A stretch of DNA of 64,000 nucleotides, taken from positions 2,528,001-2,592,000 of the forward strand of contig CAXXVS010000003.1 in the NCBI GenBank assembly GCA_963674755.2, in the 5' to 3' direction. This document shows, in pieces, positions 20,743-29,822 of this stretch (positions are counted from its first letter, which is position 1; every line of letters starts with the position of its first letter). A program made the position numbers and the translations under genes. The notes under the pieces are model-generated. The model worked only from the letters and a program-made list of their open reading frames with translations. It was not told the DNA's origin and did not search any database. The stretch comes from Desulfobacterales bacterium (GTDB taxonomy: Bacteria > Desulfobacterota > Desulfobacteria > Desulfobacterales > UBA5852).

Positions 20743-22144
20743 AATCCTCTTTGCGCAACCCCAGCCGCCGCATCTTGTTGTAGAGCCCCCGGGGATGGAT
20801 CCCGGCGATGCGGGCGGCGGCGTTGATCTTACCCCTTGTCCTGGCCAGCGCCTGTTCCAGATAAAGCCGCTCCACCCGGTCCATGACCTCCTGCTGGACC
20901 TCCGGCAGGGTTTTCTCCAACAGGTCTTCACCTGGCAGGGCGCCTCCCGGCAGCATGCCGTCCGTCCTCCCCGTGACGCGGAAGACGTCGGGCAGTTCGT
21001 CCAGATCGATTTCATGGCGGCGGGCCAACAGCATGGCCCGTTCGATGACGTTCATCAATTCCCGCACGTTGCCTGGCCAGCCGTAACCGCACAGGGCCTC
21101 GAGGGCTTCCTCGGAGAAGCCGTCGATTTCCCGGCCGATCTTGTAGCGGAACATGGTGGTGAAGCGTCGCACCATGGCTGGAATGTCTTCCCGGCGATGG
21201 CGCAGGGGGGGGATGGTGAGCATCAGCACGCTCAGGCGGTAGAAGAGATCCTGGCGAAACCCTCCCTGGGCCACGGCCTCCTCCAGGTTGCGATTGGTGG
21301 CGGCGATCACGCGCACATCCAGCTCGATGGGATTTTCTCCCCCCAGGGGCTTGACTTCGTAGTCCTGCAGGACTCGCAGTAACTTGGTTTGCAGGTGCAG
21401 GGGCATCTCGCCGATTTCATCCAGGAAAATGGTGCCGCCGTGGGCCAGTTCAAAGGCGCCCCGCCGGTAGCGGACCGCCCCGGTAAAGGCCCCCTGTTCG
21501 TGGCCGAAGAGTTCACTTTCGAGCAGGTTCTCCGGCATGGCGGCCATGTTGATGGAAATGAAGGGACCCACCGAGCGCGGGCTCTGGGCATGGATGGCCT
21601 TGGCCAGATGCTCCTTGCCCACCCCGGTTTCCCCTGTAAGCAGAATCGGGGAGTCGCTGGGCACCATCTGGTTGACTTCCTCCATGAAGACCTGCATGGC
21701 CCGGCTTTCCATGACGAAATCCGAGAGCTTGGGCTCCACCACGCCCCGGCGGTCGAAGCGCTTGCGCTGGATGAACTGGCGGCGGGATTCGAGGGCCGAT
21801 TCGATAGCCTCGTAAATACTGGTCTTGGACAGCCCCGTGTAGAGCACCACGTCGGCCCCGGCTGCGGCCAGCTGAGCGTGCTCCTCCAGCGATTCACTGT
21901 TGTGAATAATGACCGTGGTAGGGTTTTCGGGCAGTTCATTGAGAATGGCGATGCCGTTGTCCACCGGGCGAAGGACAAAGCTCTCGCTGATAACAATGAC
22001 GTCGAAGCCCTGCCGCAGGGCATTCTGCCATACGGAGCGCGGCGGGCCGAAGGCCTCCACCCGGACATCGGTGTCCATCAGTTTTTTGGCCAGGTATTGT
22101 TGCAGGCGGCTGTCTTTGATGGCCAACCCCACGCGAATCAGCAT
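20720..22144 (-). CDS. Sigma54-dependent enhancer-binding protein with degenerate receiver and Fis HTH
   Basis: GETGVGKE Walker [31 protein letters not shown] and C-terminal HTH; overlaps the convergent gene by 23 bp. Confidence 0.95.
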   Translation of the reverse strand: MLIRVGLAIKDSRLQQYLAKKLMDTDVRVEAFGPPRSVWQNALRQGFDVIVISESFVLRPVDNGIAILNELPENPTTVIIHNSESLEEHAQLAAAGADVVLYTGLSKTSIYEAIESALESRRQFIQRKRFDRRGVVEPKLSDFVMESRAMQVFMEEVNQMVPSDSPILLTGETGVGKEHLAKAIHAQSPRSVGPFISINMAAMPENLLESELFGHEQGAFTGAVRYRRGAFELAHGGTIFLDEIGEMPLHLQTKLLRVLQDYEVKPLGGENPIELDVRVIAATNRNLEEAVAQGGFRQDLFYRLSVLMLTIPPLRHRREDIPAMVRRFTTMFRYKIGREIDGFSEEALEALCGYGWPGNVRELMNVIERAMLLARRHEIDLDELPDVFRVTGRTDGMLPGGALPGEDLLEKTLPEVQQEVMDRVERLYLEQALARTRGKINAAARIAGIHPRGLYNKMRRLGLRKEDFKKMPIH

Positions 22145-22470
22145 GGCAAAGGCTCCCTATATCGGCATGAACGTGCTGATTATGATGCGGTATCGTTATT
22201 AGCATGTGGTTCATAAAATAGCAAAAAAATACCGAAATAGGTTTTAAACCGTCGCTTCAAAAATATTTATAAAACAATATAATAAACTGAAAATACATTA
22301 AATAAAATTTAATAAGGTGCGCTATCCCGGATCAACCGAAGCGATGATTCAGCGGAACCCATAAAAAAGGAATTTTTATGCTTAAAAACAGCAATATCGG
22401 AATACGAATACCTAAATAAAGGTCGGGCGAACGAATTTAAGGTGTCTTCAAAACATAGAAAATATAAATA

Positions 22471-22483
22471 TATCAACAGGATA
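22471..22483 (+). promoter_or_regulatory. Candidate IHF site
   Basis: TATCAA-CAGG-ATA (one mismatch to WATCAA-N4-TTR) after an A/T tract, just upstream of the -24/-12 element. Confidence 0.4.
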
Positions 22484-22500
22484 TAATTGATTGGGCGCAA

Positions 22501-22516
22501 TGGCACGCCTTATGCT
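22501..22516 (+). promoter_or_regulatory. Sigma54 -24/-12 promoter
   Basis: TGGCACGCCTTATGCT (GG-N10-GC) at the end of an AT-rich 350-bp spacer, divergent from the enhancer-binding protein. Confidence 0.85.
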
Positions 22517-22579
22517 TTAGATGGCGCGTTTCAAGGCCGAAAGGCGGCCTTTCACCCCATCCCAGGAGAAACAGAAGCA

Positions 22580-22771
22580 ATGAAGTGGCAGGAATACGAT
22601 GGCGTTTATGGCGACGGCGATGATGTCCCGTCCCGGCGCTCCCGACGGACCAAGTTCAGGGAATTCGAAAATTACGCCCATGCGGCCGCTGGCCGGATCA
22701 AACGATCCGGCAAAAGGTCCCATCGGCCAAAAAACGTTAAAGATGATGACTGGGCCGGCTACGACCGTTAG
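22580..22771 (+). CDS. 63-aa charged peptide, candidate precursor or substrate
   Basis: First ORF after the sigma54 promoter; AGGAG RBS at 22564-22568; MKWQEYDG...DDDWAGYDR. Confidence 0.7.
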   Translation: MKWQEYDGVYGDGDDVPSRRSRRTKFREFENYAHAAAGRIKRSGKRSHRPKNVKDDDWAGYDR

Positions 22772-22822
22772 AAACGGGCCCGGCCGCGATGACAGGCGAT
22801 TCATGCCTCAGGAGAATGCTTC

Positions 22823-23797
22823 ATGCTCGATGTCCGCGTATGCAATGATACAAGTGAAGTCCATCGGCTCTGGCAGCATCATTGGTCCCCCAAATGTCTG
22901 TTTGACCTTTGGCCGGTGAGGGCCTGCTTCCAGCGGCATTTCCAGAACACCCCCCATGTCCTCGTGGCCGAGCGGCACGGCGTCTTTCGGGGCCTGCTGG
23001 CTTTGAGCTGGATCGAAGAGGAGCAGTATTTCGGCCACTTCCCCGGAGAATTGTGGCATGGCAGGACCTGGCTGGAGCAAAACCGCGTTCTGGCCGAAGA
23101 TCAGGCCACCTTCGAAGCCCTGTGGGAAGCTGTGCCCGTCAATACCGAGATGCGCTATCTGCATTCGGACAGCATGCCCGCAGGCGCACCGGTAGACCTG
23201 GATGAAATCGGCTACCTTTTCCGTCCGCCCCAGTACCACTACGATTTCAACGCTTACCTGGCCGAATTTTCCGGCAAGACCCGCAAAAAAATGCGTTGCG
23301 AAATCGATCGTCTGCATACCAAGGGGGTTTCCTTCCGCTACAACCGCCTGGCGGATGTGGACCGCCTCTTCCGGCTCAACATGGAAGCCTTCGGGAAGAA
23401 CTCCTATTTCAGCGACGGGCGCTTTCTAAGCGCTTTTGAAGATCTGGTGGTCTGGCTCCACAGCCATAACCTGCTGCGCGTGACGACGGTGCTCGTGGGG
23501 GGCGAAATGGCGGCGGTGGATATCGGGGCCGTCTGGAACGGCATGTATACGGTGGTGGCCGGCGGGGCCTGCAGCGATTTCCCCGGGGTGGCCAAATTGA
23601 TCAATTTCCACCACCTGGCCTGGGCCTGCGAGCGGAAGCTGCGGGAAGTGGATTTCCTGTGTGGGGAGTTCAACTGGAAAAATCGGTTTCATCTGGCGCC
23701 CCGTCCCCTCTACCAGATGGTGAAACAGGTTCCGGTCGAAGCGGCCTGTGCGTACCTGCCCGCACCGGCCACGGAGTTGATTTGTGCCGCCGGGTGA
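22823..23797 (+). CDS. GNAT-superfamily (FemAB/BcsL-like tandem GNAT) transferase
   Basis: YLAEFSGKTRKKMR helix, PGVAKL, EVDFLCGEFNWKNRF; RBS AGGAG. Confidence 0.7.
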   Translation: MLDVRVCNDTSEVHRLWQHHWSPKCLFDLWPVRACFQRHFQNTPHVLVAERHGVFRGLLALSWIEEEQYFGHFPGELWHGRTWLEQNRVLAEDQATFEALWEAVPVNTEMRYLHSDSMPAGAPVDLDEIGYLFRPPQYHYDFNAYLAEFSGKTRKKMRCEIDRLHTKGVSFRYNRLADVDRLFRLNMEAFGKNSYFSDGRFLSAFEDLVVWLHSHNLLRVTTVLVGGEMAAVDIGAVWNGMYTVVAGGACSDFPGVAKLINFHHLAWACERKLREVDFLCGEFNWKNRFHLAPRPLYQMVKQVPVEAACAYLPAPATELICAAG

Positions 23798-25055
23798 CGA
23801 TCGACGGGTCCTGGTGGTCGGCACAACGCCCGATTATATCGACGATATTCGCAGCCGCGGTGCCGGGCAGGCGCTCTTCCTGACCGATCCCGCGCTGCGG
23901 CGGGACGCCCGGGAGCCGATGCCGGAACCCAAGGAAGAAATCGTCTGTGATCTGAGCGAGATGGAAGAGGTGGTACGCCAACTGGCGGACCACCTGGAGC
24001 GCTGGAAGATCGGGCTGACCGGTGTGGCCTGCTTCGATGACGAATCCATGGCCCTGGCTGCCCGTCTGGCCCGGGACTACGGATTGCCTTACCCCAGCAT
24101 GGAAGCCGTGGCCAACTGCCGTGACAAGTATCGCTCCAAAATACTTTGGGCCGCCCAGGGCCTGAGCACCCCGGCGGTCTGCAAGGTCGCCTCGCCCGAA
24201 GCGGCGGCGGCCTTCTGGCGGACGGCCGGTGGTCCGGTGGTGTTGAAACCCATCGGCGGCAGCGGCAGCGAACTCATGTTCCGCTGCGCCGGCGAAGCGG
24301 ATTGCATGCGCCACTTTCGCACCATTGCCGAGGGTTTGGCGCAACGGCAGGACAACCGGCTCTATCAGTCTTGCGCCGCCGGCGGTGCCGGGATTCTGGC
24401 CGAGGCCCTGATCGCCGGGGAGGAATACAGCTGCGATTTCCTGCTTGAAAACGGCCGGGCCATCGTGCTGCGCCTGACCCGCAAGGTGCGTTTCGAGGAG
24501 GAGCCCTTTGGAACGGCCAAGGCCTACAGCCTGCCGGAAGACTGGCCTGAAGGGCTGAGGGACGGTGCGTTCGAGACAATCCTGCAGCGCAGCGCCCAGG
24601 CCTTAGGTATCGAGCGGGCCGTTGGCATGCTTGATTTCTTTATCCATGGCGGCCAGGTGGTGTTGCTGGAGATGGCGCCCCGGCCCGGGGGCGATTGCCT
24701 GCCTGCGCTGGTGCGCCGTTGCTGCCAATTGGATGTGCTGCAATTGGCGCTGGATTTTGCCTGCCAAAAACCCCTCGACCGGAAGCCGACGGCGTCCCAT
24801 GCGCCCATGGTGGGGCTGCGGCTGCACGCCCCGGTCGAGGGCACCCTGGCCGGCATCGACGACCGGGAACTGCGCCGGGATCCCCGGGTGCGGGAGATCC
24901 ACCTGACCCGCCGGCCCGGCCACATCATCAAACGACCGCCGGCCGACTACGATGCCTGGCTGCTGGGGCACGTCCTCTTTGTGCCCGATCCCGGCCGAGA
25001 CGTGGCCGCCCAGTGCCGGGAGCTTTGCGGTCGCCTGCGAATCGAGGTGTATTAG
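23784..25055 (+). CDS. ATP-grasp ligase (L-amino acid ligase-like)
   Basis: CRDKY, VVLKPxGGSGS, EALIAGEEYSCD, LEMAPRPGGD; C-terminal LAL_C2-like region. Confidence 0.85.
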   Translation: MPPGDDRRVLVVGTTPDYIDDIRSRGAGQALFLTDPALRRDAREPMPEPKEEIVCDLSEMEEVVRQLADHLERWKIGLTGVACFDDESMALAARLARDYGLPYPSMEAVANCRDKYRSKILWAAQGLSTPAVCKVASPEAAAAFWRTAGGPVVLKPIGGSGSELMFRCAGEADCMRHFRTIAEGLAQRQDNRLYQSCAAGGAGILAEALIAGEEYSCDFLLENGRAIVLRLTRKVRFEEEPFGTAKAYSLPEDWPEGLRDGAFETILQRSAQALGIERAVGMLDFFIHGGQVVLLEMAPRPGGDCLPALVRRCCQLDVLQLALDFACQKPLDRKPTASHAPMVGLRLHAPVEGTLAGIDDRELRRDPRVREIHLTRRPGHIIKRPPADYDAWLLGHVLFVPDPGRDVAAQCRELCGRLRIEVY

Positions 25056-25058
25056 CCC

Positions 25059-26366
25059 ATGCCGGTCACCGATCCTTCCGCCTATTTGCCGGCGATCAAG
25101 GCCACGACTGAAGCCGCGCCGCCGCGCCTGTCGCCGGACCGGCTGCAGGACTTCATCCGTCCCTATTTCGACCGCCGGGAGGTCTATCTCAACCTTCTTG
25201 CAACCCACCCGCCGCCGTTGTATGTGCAGGAATCCGGGGTGCTGCGGGCCCGGGCGGCCCGCCTGCAGAAGGCGTTTGCCGGACGGCTGCCGGCGGTGGA
25301 CTTTTACTACGCCGTCAAGAGCAACAACCACCCCCATGTGGCCGGCGTCCTGATCGACGCGGGTTTCGGGCTGGATGTGTCCAGCGGTCTGGAGCTGGAA
25401 ATGGCGCTCGAACTGGGGGCGCGGGATATCGTCTTCAGCGGCCCGGGCAAAACCATGGATGAACTGCGCCTGGCCGTGGCGAACGCCGACCGGGTGACGG
25501 TCCTGATGGACAGCTTCGGCGAGCTGGCGCGTCTGGAGGCGTTGACCACGGCCGCGCAGGTCCCCCTACGCTGCGGGGTGCGGCTGACGGTGGACCCCCA
25601 GGGCGTGTGGCGCAAATTCGGCATAACCCTGGACCGGCTGCCCGCTTTCCTGGAAGCGGCCGGGGCCTGTCCGAACCTGAAGATGGCCGGGCTCCAGTTT
25701 CACACCAGCTGGAATATGGGCCCCGACCCGCAGATCCGGTTCATGACCGCCCTGGGGAAAACCCTGTCCGGGATGCCCCCGACCCTGCGGCGCCGGATCG
25801 AATTCGTCGATATCGGCGGCGGTTATTGGCCGGAAGACGGCGAGTGGCTCCAGGCGGCCGGCACGCCGCAAGGCAAACTGAACGACGCCCTGGGAAAGCC
25901 GCCCGGCCCCCTCGATGCCCATTACCATTGGCCGGCCGCCCCCATCGAGGTCTTTGCCGAAGCCCTGAGCGCGGCCGTCCATGAGCACCTGCTGCCGGTG
26001 GTGGACTGTCGGATCTGCCTGGAGCCCGGGCGCTGGATCTGCCACCCGGCCGTACAGCTGCTGCTCTCGGTGGTGGACAAGAAGGCCCCGGACCTGGTGA
26101 TCACGGACGCCGGGACCAATACGGTGGGCTGGGAGCGCTTCGAAACGGACTACTTTCCGGTGCTCAACCTCAGCCGCCCGTCACTCGTGGAGCGGCCCTG
26201 CTATGTCCTGGGCTCCCTTTGCACGCCCCACGACGTTTGGGGGTACGGTTATTTCGGCGCGGACATCCAGCCGGGGGATATCCTGATGATCCCGGCCCAG
26301 GGGGCCTATACCTATAGTTTGCGACAGACCTTCATCAAGCCGCTGCCCAGGGTCCATACGATTTGA
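25059..26366 (+). CDS. Fold-III PLP decarboxylase (Orn/DAP/Arg decarboxylase family)
   Basis: YAVKSN (PLP Lys), LDVSSGLEL, FSGPGK, KFG, DIGGG, EPGR, GSLCTPHD and GAYT. Confidence 0.9.
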   Translation: MPVTDPSAYLPAIKATTEAAPPRLSPDRLQDFIRPYFDRREVYLNLLATHPPPLYVQESGVLRARAARLQKAFAGRLPAVDFYYAVKSNNHPHVAGVLIDAGFGLDVSSGLELEMALELGARDIVFSGPGKTMDELRLAVANADRVTVLMDSFGELARLEALTTAAQVPLRCGVRLTVDPQGVWRKFGITLDRLPAFLEAAGACPNLKMAGLQFHTSWNMGPDPQIRFMTALGKTLSGMPPTLRRRIEFVDIGGGYWPEDGEWLQAAGTPQGKLNDALGKPPGPLDAHYHWPAAPIEVFAEALSAAVHEHLLPVVDCRICLEPGRWICHPAVQLLLSVVDKKAPDLVITDAGTNTVGWERFETDYFPVLNLSRPSLVERPCYVLGSLCTPHDVWGYGYFGADIQPGDILMIPAQGAYTYSLRQTFIKPLPRVHTI

Positions 26367-26407
26367 CGCAGGGCCGCGGAACGATCAACCGAATCAAACG
26401 TGAACCC

Positions 26408-27130
26408 ATGACGACGCTGCAATTCGATATCTGGCCCCAGCCCGACAACACCACCTGCGGCCCCACCTGCCTGCACGCGGTCTACCGTTATTACGACGAT
26501 ACCATCGCGCTTTCCCAGGTCATCGAGGCGGTGCCCACCATCGAGGGCGGGGGCACTTTGTCCGTCTATCTTGCGATGCACGCCCTGCAACGCGGGTATC
26601 GGACCACGATCATCCCCTACAACCTGCAGATCTTCGACCCCACCTGGGCCGGTCTGCCGCCGGCGGAGATCATTCTCCGGCTCCGACGCCAGGCCGACGT
26701 CAAAAAGGGCGTGCCGGGGTTCCAGCAGGTTTCGGAGGCCTATCTGGAATACCTCCGGCTCGGGGGGCGGCTGCATTTCGACGTGCTTACCGCCAGCCTG
26801 ATCCGCAGTTATCTCAAGCGTGGGATTCCCATCCTGACCGGCTTGAGCGCCACCTACCTCTATGACTGCTCCCGGGAATACGATGTGGGCGGCGAGGTGG
26901 TCTACGATGATGTGCGCGGGGCCTCCTGCGGCCATTTTGTCGTGCTGGCGGGATACAACCGCGAGGCGCGCCGGGCATTGGTGGCGGACCCTTTTTTGCC
27001 GAATCCTCTGGCGGACGGGCAGCACTATGCCGTGTCCCTGGATCGACTGGTGTGCGCCATCCTGCTCGGCATTCTGACTTACGACGGCGACCTGCTGATC
27101 ATCCAGCAGGAACGCCGGAAGAAACGATGA
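26408..27130 (+). CDS. Stand-alone peptidase C39-like papain-fold cysteine protease
   Basis: Q-x5-C (QPDNTTCGPTCL), GHFVV and VADP catalytic set; alternative TTG start at 26363 overlaps the previous stop. Confidence 0.8.
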   Translation: MTTLQFDIWPQPDNTTCGPTCLHAVYRYYDDTIALSQVIEAVPTIEGGGTLSVYLAMHALQRGYRTTIIPYNLQIFDPTWAGLPPAEIILRLRRQADVKKGVPGFQQVSEAYLEYLRLGGRLHFDVLTASLIRSYLKRGIPILTGLSATYLYDCSREYDVGGEVVYDDVRGASCGHFVVLAGYNREARRALVADPFLPNPLADGQHYAVSLDRLVCAILLGILTYDGDLLIIQQERRKKR

Positions 27131-27840
27131 TCGCCACCTTCGGTTTAGAGCCCGGCTGCATCCTGGCCGGGAAGTATGAAGTCCTGTCCTGCCTCGGCCG
27201 CGGCTGGGAAAGCGAAGTCTACAAGATCCGTGAGCTGAAAACCCGTATCGAGCGGGCGGCCAAGATTTTTTTCCCCCACCGCAACCCCGATAACCGCAAT
27301 GCAGTGGTCTATGCCAAAAAGCTGCACAAGCTGCGGTCCTGTCCGCTGCTGATCCAGTACCACACCTTTGAGCAGATTCCCTATGAGGGCACCCCGCTGA
27401 CGGCCTTTATCTCCGATTACGTCGAAGGGGAGCTCCTCTCCGACTACCTGGCCCGCCAGAGAGGCCGGCGGTTGACGGTCTTCAAAGGCATCCACCTGCT
27501 GCATGCCCTGGCAACAGGGATCGAGAGCATTCACGGTCTGGGGGAATACCATGGCGACCTGCATGCCAAAAATGTGGTGGTGCAGCGTCTGGGAATGACT
27601 TTTGAGCTCAAACTGCTGGATCTTTTCCACCGGGGGCGCGCCACCCGCGACAACCGCCAGGACGATATCTGCAGCAGCATCCGTCTCTTCTACGATGCCA
27701 TCGGCGGTCCCCGGCGCTATGCCGGACAGCCCCCGCCGGTCAAAGCCATCTGCTGCGGCCTCAAACGCACCCTTATCCTGAAGAAATTTCGCACGGCCCG
27801 GGATTTGCGCCTCTATCTGGAAACCCAGGACTGGCGTTAG
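27127..27840 (+). CDS. Minimal Ser/Thr protein kinase-like protein (237 aa)
   Basis: LGRGWESEVY, AAK, YHGDLHAKN, LLDLF; ATGA overlap with the peptidase stop. Confidence 0.8.
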   Translation: MIATFGLEPGCILAGKYEVLSCLGRGWESEVYKIRELKTRIERAAKIFFPHRNPDNRNAVVYAKKLHKLRSCPLLIQYHTFEQIPYEGTPLTAFISDYVEGELLSDYLARQRGRRLTVFKGIHLLHALATGIESIHGLGEYHGDLHAKNVVVQRLGMTFELKLLDLFHRGRATRDNRQDDICSSIRLFYDAIGGPRRYAGQPPPVKAICCGLKRTLILKKFRTARDLRLYLETQDWR

Positions 27841-27974
27841 ACAGACCGCGGGCAAACCAAAATCGGATTAAATGCCAGCCACCGCCCGAAGCCCAGCTTG
27901 TCCCCGGACAGCCGACCCCGGAGCGAACCATTTTCCCCTGTCGTCCCTCCAGACCCCTTGCAATTGGATCAAAC

Positions 27975-27991
27975 ATGCAATAGATTTGCAT
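27975..27991. promoter_or_regulatory. Zur box
   Basis: ATGCAA-TAGAT-TTGCAT 17-bp palindrome upstream of znuA, matching the deltaproteobacterial Zur motif. Confidence 0.75.
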
Positions 27992-28042
27992 TCCCCTTGA
28001 AAACGTTCGAACGATTTTAACCTGATTGCGAAAGGACAATCA

Positions 28043-29017
28043 ATGAAATTTGTGAATCTCATGATAGCCCTATTTTTATTGATAATTATGCCATTATCCG
28101 GAGCGCTGGCCGGTGATGGTTTGCGGGTTTTTGTCAGCATTTTACCCCAACAATACTTCGTGCAACAAATTGGCGGAGAACATGTGAATGTGCAGGTCAT
28201 GGTGGCTCCCGGCGCCAGTCCGGCCACCTACGAGCCCAAGCCCCGGCAGATGGCCGCCCTTTCCAAAGCCCGGCTCTATTTTGCCATCGGGGTGCCCTTT
28301 GAAACGGCCTGGATGGACAAGATCGCCGCCGCCAATCCATCCATGCAGGTGGTGCACACGGAGCAGGGCATCCACAAGCAGCCCATGGCCGCCCACCATC
28401 ATGAGGGGGAGCACCATCAGGAGGACGAACACGATGAGGATGCCGGTCAACATGAGGGGGAGCACCATCACGAGGCCGAGCACCATGAAGATGCCGATCA
28501 GCACCCCGAAGACAGCCATCATGGGCCCGGCATTCTGGATCCCCATATCTGGCTGTCGCCGCCCCTGGTCAAAGTGCAGGCCGACACGATCATGAAGGCC
28601 CTCATGGCGGCGGATCCGGCCCATGCCGCCGACTATGAGCGCAACGGCCGGCGTTTTATGGCGGCGATCGATGTCCTGGACCGGGATCTTAAAAAAATGT
28701 TTGCCGGCCAGGAGGGGCGCCGGTTCATGGTGTTTCACCCCTCCTGGGGGTATTTCGCCGCGGCCTACGGCCTGGTGCAGGTGCCCATCGAATTGGAGGG
28801 TAAAGACCCCAAACCGGCCCAGTTGCAGGAACTCATCCGGTATGCTAGACAGCACCACATCAATGTCATTTTCGTGCAGCCGCAGTTTTCACGCCGCAGC
28901 GCAGCCCTCGTGGCCTCTGAAATCGGGGGACGGGTCGTCCCGGCGGATCCGCTGGCGTTGAACTGGATGGAAAATCTCCGCCAGGTGGCCGAAGCATTCG
29001 CGGCCGCCCTGCGATAA
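28043..29017 (+). CDS. znuA: Zinc ABC transporter substrate-binding protein
   Basis: Signal peptide; SPATYEPKP, His/acidic loop, DPHIWLSP, HPSWGYFA. Confidence 0.93.
   Translation: MKFVNLMIALFLLIIMPLSGALAGDGLRVFVSILPQQYFVQQIGGEHVNVQVMVAPGASPATYEPKPRQMAALSKARLYFAIGVPFETAWMDKIAAANPSMQVVHTEQGIHKQPMAAHHHEGEHHQEDEHDEDAGQHEGEHHHEAEHHEDADQHPEDSHHGPGILDPHIWLSPPLVKVQADTIMKALMAADPAHAADYERNGRRFMAAIDVLDRDLKKMFAGQEGRRFMVFHPSWGYFAAAYGLVQVPIELEGKDPKPAQLQELIRYARQHHINVIFVQPQFSRRSAALVASEIGGRVVPADPLALNWMENLRQVAEAFAAALR
28400..28501 (+). repeat. 51-bp tandem duplication in the ZnuA His-rich loop
   Basis: HEGEHHQEDEHDEDAGQ / HEGEHHHEAEHHEDADQ; both units start CATGAGGGGGAGCACCATCA. Confidence 0.85.
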
Positions 29018-29041
29018 GGCCGGGCGACGGAGGGGGAAAGA

Positions 29042-29818
29042 ATGGAACCGCCGATCATCGAAATGGAAGACGTTTCGTTTGCCTACAACGGGCAGCCCGT
29101 GCTGCAGGAGGTCAACCTGGTCGTTCCCCAGGGGGATTTCGTGGCCGTCATCGGTCCCAACGGGGGCGGCAAGACGACCCTCCTGCGCCTGATGCTGGGC
29201 CTGCTCAAACCGGATACGGGCCGTGTCCGTCTTCTGGGCCGGCCGGCCGGACGGGCGACCCACCACATCGGCTACGTGCGCCAGGACGTGCATATCAATC
29301 AGAATTTCCCCATCTCGGCGCTGGAGGTGGTGCTGATGGGCAAGCGGGATCCCCGCAGGCGCTGGGGGCATCACGGCACCCAGGACCGGCGTGAGGCCCT
29401 CCAGGCCCTGGAACGGATGGAAATGGCCGCCTTTGCCGAGCGCCGCATCGGTGAGCTTTCCGGGGGGCAGCGGCAGCGGGTCTTTATCGCCCGGGCGCTC
29501 GTCACCCATCCGCGGCTGCTCCTGCTGGACGAACCCACGGCCAGCATCGATACCAAAGGGCAGGCCGATTTTTACCGCATGCTCAAAGAGCTGAACGAGG
29601 AGGTCACCATCCTGGTGGTCAGCCATGACCTGCTGGTGATCTCCACTTACGTGAAATCCGTAGCTTGTGTGAACAAGCGCCTCCATTACCACCAGCAGGC
29701 GGAAATTACGGGTGAGATGATGGAAACCATGTACCCCTGCACGGTGGAGGAGGTCTGCCCGGTGGAACTCGTGGCGCACGGTCTGCCCCACCGGGTGCTG
29801 CAGTCCCACGAGGAGTGA
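29042..29818 (+). CDS. znuC: Zinc ABC transporter ATP-binding protein
   Basis: [20 protein letters not shown] and SHD motifs. Confidence 0.93.
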   Translation: MEPPIIEMEDVSFAYNGQPVLQEVNLVVPQGDFVAVIGPNGGGKTTLLRLMLGLLKPDTGRVRLLGRPAGRATHHIGYVRQDVHINQNFPISALEVVLMGKRDPRRRWGHHGTQDRREALQALERMEMAAFAERRIGELSGGQRQRVFIARALVTHPRLLLLDEPTASIDTKGQADFYRMLKELNEEVTILVVSHDLLVISTYVKSVACVNKRLHYHQQAEITGEMMETMYPCTVEEVCPVELVAHGLPHRVLQSHEE

Positions 29819-29822
29819 TGCC

